DNA of 64,000 bases from Trichoplax adhaerens (GCF_000150275.1 NW_002060946.1:4917454-4981453), one strand, 5' to 3'. Counted from the stretch's first letter, positions 26,501 through 43,617 are shown. Numbers and translations are program-made. Notes: generated from the sequence alone by a model not told the origin.

Positions 26501-29500
26501 CCTGTAATTTTAAGAAGGGAGGTAGTGTTGAGTAATGTGAATAAATCTTGGCGGGTGTATTTAATAATAGGAACTCCATTAATCTGTAATATAAATCATA
26601 TTAATATTATTGAACTTCAACTTGTAATAGAAAGAATAATGAAAAGGTCTTATTTGAAATAGAATTCTGCTTGATATCTATCATTACTTACCATGAGCAA
26701 TTTATCTCCACATAGAATACCTTGCTGCCAAGCTGCTGAACCAGCAGAAACACTTGATATGTAAACTAATCCATTATTTTGTGGCATTACTTGAAAGCCT
26801 GGAAAAATACTATTTGATTCCTTATCGATGTTATAAGTTCTTAGGTCCCCGTCACCGTAAATACTTGTAGAAAGGATAAATTTAAATGGACATTATTTTC
26901 GAGTATAGGCTACGGTAACTAAAGTATAGACGTGCATGTGTTTATTTATCTATATGCGGAAGCTTTAAAATAGGACTAGAAACGTAATTATTACACTGTA
27001 TTAAATACAGATATATTAGAGAAATATTACTACTACAGGACTTACCCACTAAGAATACCAGCCTTAACACTATTTTCGAATCCAAGCATCGAAAGATTAT
27101 TAGTATCGAATGCGTCAAAGAGATACTTTTGAAATTTACTTTTATCTTCCAGTTTTGCTATAAGTTGATTTGATATTTTTGATCTCTTAAATGTCGTACC
27201 ATCTGATGTATGCGCTCTTTGGAGAGAACTGAAGTCATCATTAGATAGATTTTTCTGCAAATTGCCAGTTTCTGAAAGTTTAAATAATAACGTTTACTAT
27301 TTTAAAGACTTCTTCTGGTACTAATACACTTATCTTGTAAACTTGCCTATAAAAGATAGTTGATATAGGAAAGGGAAATTATTCATTTTATAGCTATACC
27401 TGATAGCGATCGATGAACTTGTATAGATTCTACACGGATTTCTTCAGTAGATGTTGCAAATTCTGTCAAATATTGCTCGTCTGTAATTAAGCTACCATTG
27501 TTAGATAAATTTCCAGTACTGTTTGACCTTTGTGTGGTACCATCGATCTGTACAAGATTGGATTCAGATACGGCTCGATGTCGTCGATATTTACTCAATC
27601 TAATGCGACCAGACGCCGTTAATGAATTCGATTTTTTTCGATTCAATTTTGAGTTATCTGGAGCTAAATTTGTTTCTCCATTTTGGGCTGATAACTGGCT
27701 GGCCGAGACGATAGAATTTAGGGAATCTAATGATAAGTTTGACCCATAAATACCATGCGATACTGAATCTCCGCTATCGCTGTAAGATGAATATTGATCC
27801 ACTAGTACGGTAATATTGTTTACAGCATAATTTTGTGTGTTGGTTGGCTATTAATTTAAGAAAGAAACCTCATTTTATGTTTCGTCATGATTATAGAGCA
27901 TATAGTAATATTCAAACAGAACAATATAAGTCTAACCTTGGATTGATTTAGTTGAGTAATTTTTTTAGTTAAAGCCAGAGTTAAATGTTTTCTATTTTTT
28001 TTCAATAGTTTTTCAACTGATGATATGGACATATTATGTATTTTTTGCCCATTTATAGCTTTTAATTTATCTCCGACACTGAGGCCAAAGTTTTCTGCTT
28101 CGCTGTCTTTCTCAACTGATTTAATGATGTATTCACCTTCGACTGTAAAGCCTAAATCTGTAAATGGATATCCAATGGATTAATTGCAAAAATTTGCTTT
28201 GGGTTGGAAATAGTAATGGTATTTGATATTCAATTATGCAGTATAATATAAGTGCTACTATTTTAAGGCAATAAACAATGTTTCTCTATCTTATTTACTC
28301 GTATTTATGAAGGAATACTTTTCTTAATTTTTAATAGTAAAGATTTACGTTTAGCTGAGGGGCTATTCTATTAAAAGATCTTTATATTATAATTCAACTG
28401 ACCTTTGGGAGCAATGAAAGAGATTTCTTCTTCGTAGTTAGTGACTTCCCACTTTTCATCAGGAACATCGGATGACTGTAATACACAATACAAGATTTAG
28501 CTATCATAACTGTAATCTTTAAAGATGTAAAATGATGAAATGTTAGCGGCGATTTTAAAGGCTGCTTAGCGACAATGATATTCTAGGTTTCAGTATTGAA
28601 ATAGATATTTAAGGTTAATGCATTATTATTTTTACCTGCATACTATCACGACGATCATTATCATTGGAAGAAATCGATTCTTGTTTTATTATTTTCCTTT
28701 TGCCTTGATATCCTGAAGCTTCCATCGTTAACTGTTCTTTATCCGTCATATCGTAGATCGAGACTTGAATCGAAGCATCGCGTTTGCTAATGGAACAAAA
28801 TTATGAAATTAATTTAACAATGATTAAAGATTATTTTTATTATTTAGATATCCAGTCATGACATTGAGTCATGTTTAAAATGTAACTATTAAAAGGAAAT
28901 ACTATAACTGTTGAGGGAATTAGTAGGTGGATTTATATTCTTATGATCAGAGTATTACTTTTAGTTTTAAAGTACATTTACGTGGAATTAGATCTAGGCA
29001 ATCTAAAAACTGTCTAAATAAAAAGTATTAGAAAATATTAATTCAAATTTTATTGGATGTCAGCAGTTGGTTACCTTGGACTATGAACAGAATTTCTTTT
29101 CTCGCTTAACGATTTTAAAGTTTCATTTTGTGACTTTAGTATCGCATATTCTGATTGTATATTGAGTAAACGTGTAGTAGTCGTTTCCAACTCCCTTCGT
29201 AACATGGCGATTTCTTCTATACGATCATGATTGACTTTGTCCGTTGTGTGCATAGTATAATCGTTTCTTTGATTAAAGCTTGCAATATTATCGTCAAGGG
29301 TACGATTGCGATCATGGCTGTTGCTAAAATCTTCATTCCCTTGCTCTTCTTCTTGTCTTAAAGTGAAGATAGCATGTTTATAAATTCTATCATCCTGGTT
29401 AAATCTGCGGTTAAGATAATCTTCCTTGAAGTTGATGTTGTTAGTAGCACTAGACTGGAATTCTGGAAGTGAATGCCTTCTTCTGGTGTTGTTATATAGA

Positions 29501-30234
29501 TGTTCTTCGTGCTCTTTTCCGTCATGTATGTCATGGTCATATGGAGTAGGTTGATTTGTTGAATTTAACCGGCGTGGTTTAACAATTCGGTAAATGCCAT
29601 CAATGCGCTTTTCTGAAGTTCTACCCTGAGTGGATCTTTCACTATGCTGTTGTTGGCTACTATTGACGGCGTAGGGTAACTGATTTGATCCTCTTTTATA
29701 TTCGTCTTGGCATAATTGTAAGCAATTTCTTAATTCAGAGATCATTGCATCCATGACTTGTGTGAAAGTAATGGAATTAAATCCATTTTGAATTTCGTCA
29801 TTGAGTTCATTTAACATAGAGCGCACTTCTTCTAATGCTTGCTGAGAATGTGTACGTAATTTATGATGAGTTGTTGATGGTTTCATTTTATGACTTCCAT
29901 ACCATGATTGTGACCGTTGAACTTGATTATCGTATCTTCTCCCTCTTTTCTTGTTGCCACTATCATGATTATTACTATGACTGTGTTGATTGTCATCTTT
30001 GAGAGTAGAAGCCTGACTGGAGTTGCTAATATTTATTTTGCTATTTTTACTGCCATAGGGATATAAGTTTTTCGATATATTGGATAGATACCGATCAGGA
30101 ATGTTTGCTAAGCTATCGCTATGGGCTTGTTTTATATCCTTAGGGTCGCTATTTGATCTTCGATGAGATTGTGTAGTTTCTTTGTCACCTTTATTTACTA
30201 GCCTATCAGGAGACTCTCTTAATGCCGCTGCCAT
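23508..30234 (-). CDS. DLG5: DLG5-like MAGUK scaffold (coiled coil, 3 PDZ, SH3, guanylate kinase-like)
   Basis: Coiled coil in the 29071-30234 exon. PDZ domains at ~27940-28160 (DLGFTVEGEYIIKSV..GLSVGDKLKAING), ~26500-26860 (VYISSVSAGSAAWQQGILCGDKLL) and ~25930-26276 (INGGNKVGLFVTEV..GIAVGDRII). SH3 at ~25400-25590 (KELSFQAEQILHIIDT..YWKA). GuK: RPVMLLGPL, FRCTSIKNL, IHPIVLYL, C-terminal KVWID. The 5' end may extend upstream of 30234. Confidence 0.8.
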
Positions 30235-33200
30235 AATTGAATCTTGGATGGGATAATCCTTGCTATCATGAATTGATAATTTTCGAATCTTTACTGATTA
30301 ATACTAAAATATAAAGTAAAAATAAAATAGATCATAATGATATTGTTTTAATGCCGTTATCCTAATGGTTGTATACTTATCCATTATTTATTATTGTTTA
30401 ACGGAAGTAGATAGATAGGCGCGTATTAATTTGTAAGAATTTATAACGAGCTAAAGTAGACATTGGTTTCCTGAATTTTTTATTAGAGTTTAGCAGACGT
30501 CATTTTGATTGTTTGATTAAATATGTATGTTCTAGATACTAGTCAAATTAGAATAAAATGTGTATTAGCGTGCACTTCTGTGAAACAATATTATGTTAAA
30601 ACTTTTTATAAACGTGATGTCGTTATTGTCAAAGGATTAGAACATTTGTTGTGTTGATGACAAGTGTTATTGTATCGATTTCTACACTTATGGGCTAAAG
30701 CTTTATTTATCCCTTTCAGTCGTCCTGTCCTTTTATTGATTGCTACTTGTGATACATTGAGGAAAATGTTTGTTGTCCAACTTTTATTTAATTAATTGTG
30801 TGTAGTAAGGGATATATTATAACCAAGTTTCTTTCCTCCAATTCTTAATAGTACGTGTAATTGGAATTGATACGAATTATCCTAGTACGAAGTAAGTTAT
30901 GAGTTTGATTTGAAAGGTATTTGTCAATAATATTAAGTGTAGCATTCATTCAAGGATGAATGGTATTAAGGAGTATATGCCACCTCTGCACCGCTAACGT
31001 TTAATGATTACTCTATACAAATAAGAATAGTAATGGTGCTCGCATCGATGTTACTGTTCTTGAAATCTCCTACAGTCTAGCCTGGACAAAATAATTAAAA
31101 GTAATTAATACACTGATATACGTGCATTGACCTTACTGTCAAAATTCTTCTCCTAGAAAGTGATTAGCATCAGTTTTTATTTGAAACAACAACATCGATA
31201 GCTAATATTAGATGGTGACATGTCAACGTGTAATACACGAGAGCGAGGTATGGTAGGCACCGTGTATACTTCGTCGAGTGATTTCCTGGCGATTACTCAA
31301 TCTACATATTGCGAAGACAAAACTGTATTTGATTATATAATATCTGCTGATAGTACAATATAATAAATGAGTTAAACTTCGTTTACTGTAAATTATTATT
31401 GATTACATTTGCTATGATGATTTATACATGTAAAGTTATAATTAATAAATGATTTCGTTCTCTGCAAGACGATCGTATCGTGGTCATAAAAAGTAAAAAG
31501 TATTTTCTGATGGTTCCTTAGGATTGCGGATAACAAATTTGGTGATTTTTTTGTTGCATTAAAATCTTTTTATTGTAGATTATCATCATCATTTCAAGTT
31601 GAGCTCCAATTGCAGTCTATTCATTACTCAGAATTTATTTTGAATTTGTTGAGCTTGTGGCGTTCGTTGTATATTATTTTAATAGCGATTAATTAGAACA
31701 ATATATTTTACAAATAATTAAAACGACTACTAATCTAATTTTAGGATGGGCACGGTATAAGATAAAAACTATGTGTGTAATATCTGTAACGGCAGTTAAA
31801 CACAACATAAAATTGGGTGTGTAAGGAATAAGATGATAGTGATAAGATTTTTTCTACGTTAGAACCATGACTTAAGGTTAACTCAACAGGAAATGAAGTG
31901 AATGATTTTAACAATAAGGAATAAGTTTATTTTTTGTCCATAATTTGGGTACATTGAAGTTGTTATTTAAAATTAATTATACACTATGACAGTTGAACCA
32001 GGAATGGAGCATCTATGGGTCGTTCTATTATCAGTGGGGTGATAGGTAAAGTTTAAGGTTATACACTAGGTGTTATTACTCCATTATCCTCGTTGTTAGA
32101 GATTTGATGGCGGTGTTTTCCAAATAATTAAGCTATGGTTCGATCCGAATTTTATGGAATATTTACTGGTGAGTCAAAGGTAGACAGATATAACATGAAC
32201 TTAACCGCATCCGATGAAAGGTAAAAAAAAAATGAATTAAAAGAACACAATATGTAGACCTACCGGATCTGGTGATAATACCTTGGATTAAAAATCTGTT
32301 TTATTGGCGTTGGAGGACACTTGCTTCAAAGCGAGAGGAATGATTTAACGCAGACAAAATGTTTCGTTCGATTGAACCTATTGAATTGTTGTAATGATCG
32401 AGTAAGAGGGGGAAAAATCACTACGGTGGTTACTGATTACAGTATTGTAGATAGACCATTTTAAAGTGAATCATTCCAGAGTGTACAAAATATCTAGTAC
32501 TATTTACAGCTGGAAGCGATGGTGCTCAACGCGATTGGACGGAACAATTTAACTATGGTTGGTAAGATTTTAGCGATTTCAGATTACTCATGACATAATA
32601 TTGTTGCATATTCTATTCTAGCAATGGCATGCTTTGTTATGCATTTAGTAGCATAAATTTACTACTAGACAATACAATCCTGCATGAAAAATGAGTCTCA
32701 GTATAATAGGTACCACTAAGGTAGACGACTTACCTTTGACCAAGGGACTCGGTTACTGTCGGTTAGAAAATTGATACTGTTTACTTGAACTGATCTAATT
32801 TTGTGCTTGATTACATTGAAGATGGAGGGATACTAAACCTTATTGTCCAGTTAAAACAATTCATTAAAGCAACAATAGCAATTCTTTCTATTAGCATGTG
32901 ACTAAAGTCACTAAGTGTACATTTTATTCTTATAGCATTGAATATAATTCAAGCGACAAATAAATTGCGTAAACAGTCCAAGTGTAAAAATGCCTTATCA
33001 TATTCACTGGACAATAACGGTTAGGATTAATTAATAATAACATTAGCGAAGTGAAAACATGCAGTAACGTGAAAGATAAAGGAGAGAGAGAATAATATCT
33101 TAGTTTAATGATATATAATAGAGTTAGAATTGAGTTTTGCTGACGATGAGAGAGGAAAAGCACCTTAAGTTTGAAAAGTGTGAAATTGAGAGAAAAGGTT

Positions 33201-34354
33201 TATTTATGATCCGTAATAGTGGATCGTACATCCGTCATCTTGATACACGCAAATTAGAGTCGAGGCTGACTGTTGCAGGTAGAAATGATGGTGAATCGTT
33301 GTAATAAAGAGGGAGGGATTATCCCATTTTTCTTCCATTTGTGTTTTAAATCATTTTATTATGATGACGATTGTTTTGCTACAATAATAAAATATTGGTA
33401 TGACTAAATTATGCTCTCTGTATAGCATACACAGAAGAAGCCTTTTAAGTTGAGATTGTGTCAATAGGTTACAAATGTGTGTCACAATAGTAATGCCTAA
33501 TAGCAGTCAGTTGTATTTTAAGCTTTCATTTTTTGATCGGCGAATTAACTCTCTTCTCTCGTCGTAGATGGTGATGATGTCGTCATCATGTGTAAGTCTA
33601 TCATAAATTCATGAATGACTGCAATACACAGACGTCAAAGTCAAGAATCTTCTCGGACTAGATTGCTCATCTTTAATGGCAAAATAGTTGTTGCCGTTAC
33701 AGCATTATTCGAGCATGACCTGATATGTCTTGATCATGGTACTATGTACAGTGCAATCGTTCGTTAATTTGTCTTATTTTTGTTGACTGTAAACATCATT
33801 ATAAGAGTTTACCCATGCACGTAGTGTCCTTACTATACTATTATTATTCGATGGCATTCATAAGGCACACACACACTTCTGCAATTTGCAAAGAGCAAGA
33901 CTGCCAATAATTATCTATACTAGGAATAGTCATGATTTGGTTTCAAAATGAAATTATGTTTGTAACTAATTCATTAATCCAAGATGAAATCTATGTGTGC
34001 ATTGAAGACGCCTCTACTACTGTAATAGTTTATGATGAAAATGATCAAGCTTCCATTTCATCAGAAATGCCCTCATCCACTCTATCAACTATTCATTCCA
34101 GCATTGGCAATGTTAATACAGCAATGCGTGTTGCATTGATAGACATTGCTTTCCTGTTGAAAGAAGAACTTTTATTTATTATTTACTAGCAGGTCCTTTT
34201 TTCCACCTATATCCATACTTGAAAAAGTTGGACTGCTTTGCATAGCATTAGAAATAAACAGAATGCAATCCATAAATAGCGCATATACAATGTTGTAGAA
34301 CAGGAGATCCAATATTCTCTCAGGTATGATTGGTTTCGGAAAATGGAATAGACT

Positions 34355-34850
34355 ACGCGTACTGTATGTACAGTACATTGGACAGTAGGTCTCCAGTACC
34401 GTCGGGACTACCACGCTTTTGGATGTACAGTACTGTACTGTAGTGTACGCACAGTACTGTACAGTATACTGTAGTACAGTACTGTAAAGTAATGTCCAAT
34501 TGTCCATTGCAATGTACAGTACATTGTACTGTCGACCAGATGAGATCAGAGGACGTTCAGTCAACAAGTCTCAAAGAAAGAAAAGATATGGGACCGAACT
34601 GGTTCGGTCCCATATGGTCCGTGTGTACGGTGGCCCACGGCCGGCCACACGTCAATCCATCATACCGTGCCGTACTAGAATCACGTGAGTGCAGTACAGT
34701 GTACAGTACTTTACACTACAGTATAAACACTGTACTGTACTGCTATACAGTACTACTCGATCAACTACAGTATGCTATACTGTATGGGACTACTGGATTT
34801 TAATGACTTGACTATAAAATACGGTACTGTACATACTGTACTGTATGGAG
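34355..34850. promoter_or_regulatory. Putative divergent promoter (DLG5-like / BLOC1S2) with TACAGT arrays and a central 14-bp perfect inverted repeat
   Basis: TACAGT/ACTGTA arrays at 34360-34530 and 34690-34845 flank a GC-richer core with ATATGGGACCGAAC-TG-GTTCGGTCCCATAT (34586-34615). The region ends about 170 bp upstream of the BLOC1S2 ATG. Confidence 0.55.
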
Positions 34851-35019
34851 CAATCATAGCAAGGTTTTCAAGTCAAAATACTGAAGTCCTCTGTGGTCAG
34901 AGGAGTGCAGAAAATAAAATAGAGCCAAGAATTGTTTGGATATTTCAGCAGATTAGCAGGATCGCTTAAAGGTGAAAAAAGAATCAAGTAGCCAGAAATT
35001 TGACCTACATTAGACTATA

Positions 35020-36397
35020 ATGGAGGCGAAGCAAGACCCGACTGCTCCTGATGAGACAAATAACAATTTAGAGGCTCTGTGTACTGATATGTTCACTAAA
35101 AGTACAAAGTATCTTCAAGGTGAACTAAATGGTAAGCGCAAAGTGTGATGTAGGATTACGTTGTAAAGTAATATGGGATAGGCATACAGGACAAGTACGC
35201 ACGCAGAAATTTATAACGCCAATAAGTAATAAAAAGTCCAACAGAGTTGCTTTCCTTTTATGAATGGAGGATAAGGCGACCATTGCTATGGTATCAATCA
35301 TGGACTTTGTGCCGACAGTATGAAGTACAAGCGTCTGATCGTATTTACAATTATCCACAGTTATGTACAGTGCTGTACAGTTGATCATTTCCGCGATGAT
35401 TGTTGAACCAAAAGTATAAATGTTGTGGTATTATGTAAAATAGACTAAATATACAGTATTCGAAAGCATACATTACTCTCTTGTTGATTATTCCAAGCGA
35501 TATATTAGCATACTGTTAACACTAGCGGATGTATTCGCTCTGTCTTGTTTACTCCTGCTATGTAGTCTCTTCCGATATCGTATACACGTGCAATTGTGCA
35601 TGTATTCTAATTTTCTTATGATTGTTTATTTTTAGCTACTGTTGGCGAATACGAGTTGTTACACGATCTCAACGATGCTGCTGTCGTCAAATATAGTGAT
35701 ATGGCCACGCTGGTGGGCTCATTGAAAGATACAATGCAAGATGTGAATGAAAAATGTAAGTAGAATTGATGTAATAAAGTAACTGTCGTAAATATACATG
35801 ATTATCTGAAGTAATACGTTGTTCATGATAGTTTATTTACCTACTGTAAGTCTACTTGCTGCAATTATTGTTGAAATATTGTATATAGCAGTATAGTATT
35901 ACCTAATACTGAAATGAACTGTAGAGAAAAGATCATCAGTCTTATCCTGCAGGAGAGATTTGTATAAAAATAGGATCGTTTGGCTTGTAATTATGACGCT
36001 AAAATTTCATAAAAGAAGACTGGATTAAGTAACAGTGATATCAAGGAGAGCTAACTCTTTGCATATACCTATTGTAGATGTTAAACTGCTACCCTATCTG
36101 AAAAAGATCGACGAACTTGAGAAAAGTATTCAAAAATTAGAAACTGTGGCTAAGGATCTTGATAGTTATTCTAAAAGACTTGGTATGATGTCTATGAAAC
36201 ATTTGTAGTCTTACTCTCTGGTTATATATCAGTGCGTCTGCTTGACGCTAATCTAATACAATTATGATGTAATAAAACAATTGTAATATTATCATACAGT
36301 TATATCATGGGTGTAACTACTTCGTGTATATCTAATAGTACTAATTCTATTAATTTTTTGTGCAGAGATGAAATACAAGAAGTTGGTCAGAACGTAG
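35020..36397 (+). CDS. BLOC1S2: Biogenesis of lysosome-related organelles complex 1 subunit 2
   Basis: Four exons (35020-35131, 35636-35755, 36079-36182, 36366-36397) give MEAKQDP..LCTDMFTKSTKYLQGELNATVGEYELLHDLN..LLPYLKKIDELEKSIQKLETVAKDLDSYSKRLEMKYKKLVRT*, matching the BLOS2 pattern. Absent from the ORF track. Confidence 0.9.
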
Positions 36398-39300
36398 CTG
36401 TAAAATGCAATAATATACTAAACTGTCTATCCTGTGTAGATCTTGAAAATTTATTTCTACATTTGAATTATTATCTCGGCGTACTCAAGAGATTTCTAGC
36501 AGTACAATTTATTCTAGTAATTGAATTGTAGGTACTACGTAAATGTATATACTAATACTCTTATATAGTAGTATTATGGTAATAGCATATAATTTTCGAA
36601 TAATTTAGTTATGATTGAACTCCAAGCGAAGAATATATGTACGTTCTATTATTAAACAATAGCAGTTGTTGTAAATACGGTGTAATAGTATTAAATTCAT
36701 TAATAAGTTATATCCATAATCGAAGGATGATATTGTATTCTATGGCTCAGACTTTGCCATTTATAAGAATTCATCGATTCTGCCATCAGAATTGGTCAAT
36801 TAGTACTTATATTTTAGTATGATGTAAACATACAGCATTAATGATACTAATAGCAGCTTTTGTTCTTGGTGATTGCATTGCTTTTCCATTTGTATTTTTC
36901 CAATTCTAAGTTCAAGCGAACCTAATTCTCTGATAATTTCTCATTCGATTTACGAGTACCTTCCATATTTGCAGCAATGTTATGACTTACGCACATATCT
37001 CGTGTTTTATTAAAGAGCAGTATCTGAAAATGCAATGTATGAGTACTAATAAAAATGATTACTTAGCAATTGACCGTCTTTGCTTGTCTAGATTAATATA
37101 TATGAATATACCCGACTGCGTTTCTGTTCAGTAGTTGGATTTGTAAAGCGTAGTCATCATTCGTGAAGTCCCTACAACTGTTTTACCTACGAGATGTACG
37201 GTATAGCATTGCAATGCATTGCTGGGAGGTATCTGTATGCCGTGTACACAAAAAAATGTCATTTTATCTCAGGCGTCCTCTCTCTATACAGGGATGAGGG
37301 ATATGTGTAAGGACAACGCAAGTTAATAAAGAAATTTAAATTCAGAATATTACCGATTTGGGCATAGCGCAAGGCCCAGCTCCTAGTTAAAATCTAAATT
37401 TTTTGTCATGATTAAAGTTCATAGGATCGCTTTTACTCAACATTTATTTAGGCACTAACTAACTAATACAATTATATATTATTTCCCAAGCCTCCGTATA
37501 ATCAATCTACAATACTGTATAAAATTGTAAAATTTCAAGACATAACCTTTCTTGAAACCCTGTAAACATCGATAATTAATTACCTTTTTGTATTGTTAGT
37601 GTAATTAATAACTGCATGTATAATGGGCATACACCTATCTCATTTTTATATTTGAACTGCAATTTGATGTCGTCATTATCATTCAAAGTTGCGTATTCCA
37701 ATTTTGAACTTCGTATACAGTATCTAAGCATAAACTGTGCAAACTGGGCTTCATTATCGGTATACCGTACTATAAGTACCCTATCGATGATGAGTACTGC
37801 GTAGTCGATCTCTGCAAGATATTAAGAATTGTTCATCAAGATTAATTAATGTAGACTACGCGCCCATTGTATATCATGAAATGTTTAGCAGCTGGGGGCT
37901 GGACACTAGTTCATTATTATGCTAGTAGAACTTACGCTTGGTTTACTTGGTGTACTGTATGCGATCTGTATGTGCTCGTACTTGTCCTTTTTTAGTTGAA
38001 CATACAGTCTACTATACGGTAGTGCACATTGTATACAATACAGCATAAGAGCCATTCCCTTACGAGGTTGGAGAGCAAGTTAACTAGGGGACTGCTGGCC
38101 TGGTTAGTAACACCCAGTTGTCTGTTTATAAAACTGATCAAAGTAAGCAGGAAGACTTCCGAAGATTGTCAAGGTATGTGTGAATGGAGGAAACTATGTC
38201 TTATTCAGCTCGTGTGTATTGCGTAGATATCCATATACAGTAATTTACTACAGTATTAGCTAGATTAAAGTTGCCTGCTGGCTGTGACTTTACTTGTTAC
38301 CTTACTTTAAAAAGTTTAAAAAGTGTTTGTGTATATATATATTTTATTGTGTTGTCTATTGTACATACTAGACGATCAATTATATTATAATTTATATAAA
38401 ACTTATGAGCTAGCGATTGAGTCAAAGCTTAGATTATTATTTTTTAGCGTACGCTCTTTACGCTGAGGTTTTGCTTTATGTGCTATTGCATGCAGTGATT
38501 GTGTCGATCGATCATTGCAAGTGCATCATACTATAAACATGCTTTCCTGTCAACGAGGATTATCATAGAAGGTTTAGCAATGAGCGCGCCATTTTTTTAT
38601 CATCGAAATGGATGACATCATAATGACTTACTCGTACAAGAGCGTTTATTAACTTTATTCAGCCAGTCGGTTGATATCTTTTATAAGCTTTATTATTCCA
38701 TTTCTTCGACGCTTTGAATTTCAGATTAATTTTAATTTCAGTGTACTTGTAAATTGTAATAAGGGCGTAAATAGTATACGTATACACGTATATATATATA
38801 TGTTATATGTATATATCATATATACATACGACTATACAATATTTATATACAGCATAACATATATATAAGTACGTGGCATTACCTTATCATTCATGATGAA
38901 GGAGACATAAGGTGTGAATTGTAATTATTGCAGTCAATACATTCAATGTTAATATGCTCTATGTAGGTAGCATGTTTTGCAGTTATTTTTACTGTTTATA
39001 ATTTAGAATGAGAATTAGTCTTGTTCAGTTATCTTATGCAAGTATGCATTGACCCTTTGGAGGGGAAAAAATTAAAAACTTTTCTCTTATTGATTCGCTA
39101 CGGCTGTCAAGTTTGCCATACTGTACCATAGTCAGGAGTCACACTGCCGTGCAGCAGTGAGAATGGGACAAGACAAGTTTACTAGTTAGTTTATAGTAGG
39201 GAGTCTATAGAATAGACTCCATTATTAATGATCTGTCTAGGCTGCCAAAATGGAGAGTGAAAATTGTCATCAGGCTTCAGATCGGATAGCTCGCGCAATT

Positions 39301-41247
39301 TATCACGTATTGAAGTGATATCACTGAGACTAAGAGCTATGGGCAGAAGGCGTGCCTTTCTGACATTGAGCATCTTATGATTGTTGATTGTGTTTGATTT
39401 ACCGTAGGTGGTAATATTGACCAGTCACACAAATTAGGCTATAACTGTTGGCTAGTAAAAGTGAGACTTGCTATAGAGATTAAAAGGAATGAAAGTGCTC
39501 TCATTTTAGTAGTCTATGGTATTAGTGTTACATTAAGAATGGTGTTTTTACTGTTATGATATACTATAGGGGATGATAAAGGAAGTTTTATATCATACGA
39601 TTTTGTTTACTAATTAATTATCATAGTATGAGCGGGAGGATTTAGTATTTAATGTTACTATGATCCTAGTCAAGGCTTCGACAATCCTAGATATGAATTT
39701 AATGAATGCATGCCAAATGGATACATGGTAGTGATACGCTATTAATATGCAGAAGCATAAATGATCTACATTGTAACTGTAATAAATATAGTACGTACTG
39801 ACTATTAATGAGTTGCAAAAATACCAAAAAAGTCGCGTAATGATAAAAATTAAATTGTATTAATTATAATAACAGAGACTTCTAAGCTTTTCTCTTAGAA
39901 GTCCTTAATTATGACGTATAAGAAAGCTTGTAGAAGGTAACTTTTCCTTGCTAAGTATGTGCAGTATCTACCAGCAAGTCATAATTAAACATGAATATTA
40001 CTGTTAGCTTGAAAAATGGATTATAATTATACGGGTGACTAATTGACTCAATGAAACAGAAGTTATATCTTATTTCACAAATATTAATCAATTCACATGT
40101 CAACACGACTATCACATTTATATGGTAATCTTGCTATGCTTATACGTCGAAATACAGTATGACTGGAAATTGCTCTTAACTTTTAATAATTGCTATAGAA
40201 CTTATTATACGATATATTAATTTGTAACTTATCATACCATCTTTCATAAATTTTTTTAACTATTGCTACGTTATTACCTCGACTCATGCATAAATCCAGA
40301 CAAGTTACTCTTTGTATTCATATTTTATTCTAATGAACGTCATCAATAACATAGATCTCCAGTCAAAGAGTATTAATCTTTAGAATCGTAACGCCATAAC
40401 TAGGACGTAATTGACTAAATTTTTGAGTCTGTAAGTGGATAGTCATTTCTGTAATTGAAAACCTATTCACCCATCTAAATAATCTTTAGGACGGTACAGT
40501 TACAATACTTATTTTATAGAATCTAGTTTTATGAGAAAATGGAGGATTCGTTGGATATACCTCTAACATTTTCTGCACTTTGCAACAACATATTTTTAAG
40601 CTATAATGGAATATGTAGGGCTAACGACACTAGCTTGCATGGAACCTGCGATTCTGGTATGAGTTATATGTCATTAAATTGCATGTACAGTATTGCAATA
40701 CAGATACGAGATGATGACTGTGATCTTTCGGCAGATTATGTTCATCACAATTGAAAGAAATGACAAGAAAATAACTTAGTCAAAAAGTAGTCTCTATTGC
40801 AGTACGTGTGAGGAGAAAACTATGTAAGGTTATAGGGCGTATAACGACATAAAGTAGTCGAATAACTATAGTAAAGTAGAGTAGGTAAAGGATGTAAGCT
40901 TAAGGTGTAATTTGTAGAATTAACGGACGTGATAGATATATGAAGATAGCTTTTATAATGCAAGAAAGACAACAGGAGGGAATTATTTATAAAATATGAA
41001 TGACTGATAAGAATATCTTCTCTATGTTAAGGTAGCTCTACCATATAATTCAACTAGAATATAAAGAGATTTCCACTGTATAAATTGTTAAATATAAATT
41101 GTACATATATGAAGTTATACTTCCATGTCGTGGACAACAACTTTTGCTAAGAATAAACTATATCGTATTTAGAAGCATACGTTACAATGACAAAACACGA
41201 TCATAAAATCTTAGTAAGCATAGCATTGATACTTTTCCTTTAGCAAG

Positions 41248-43617
<2,370 letters not shown>

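Noticed and set aside
36840-38130. Possible extra minus-strand gene (several donor- and acceptor-like sites, one ~75-codon open stretch)
   Set aside because: I could not assemble a phase-consistent ORF or recognise a family. It could be a lncRNA or pseudogene; RNA-seq would decide.
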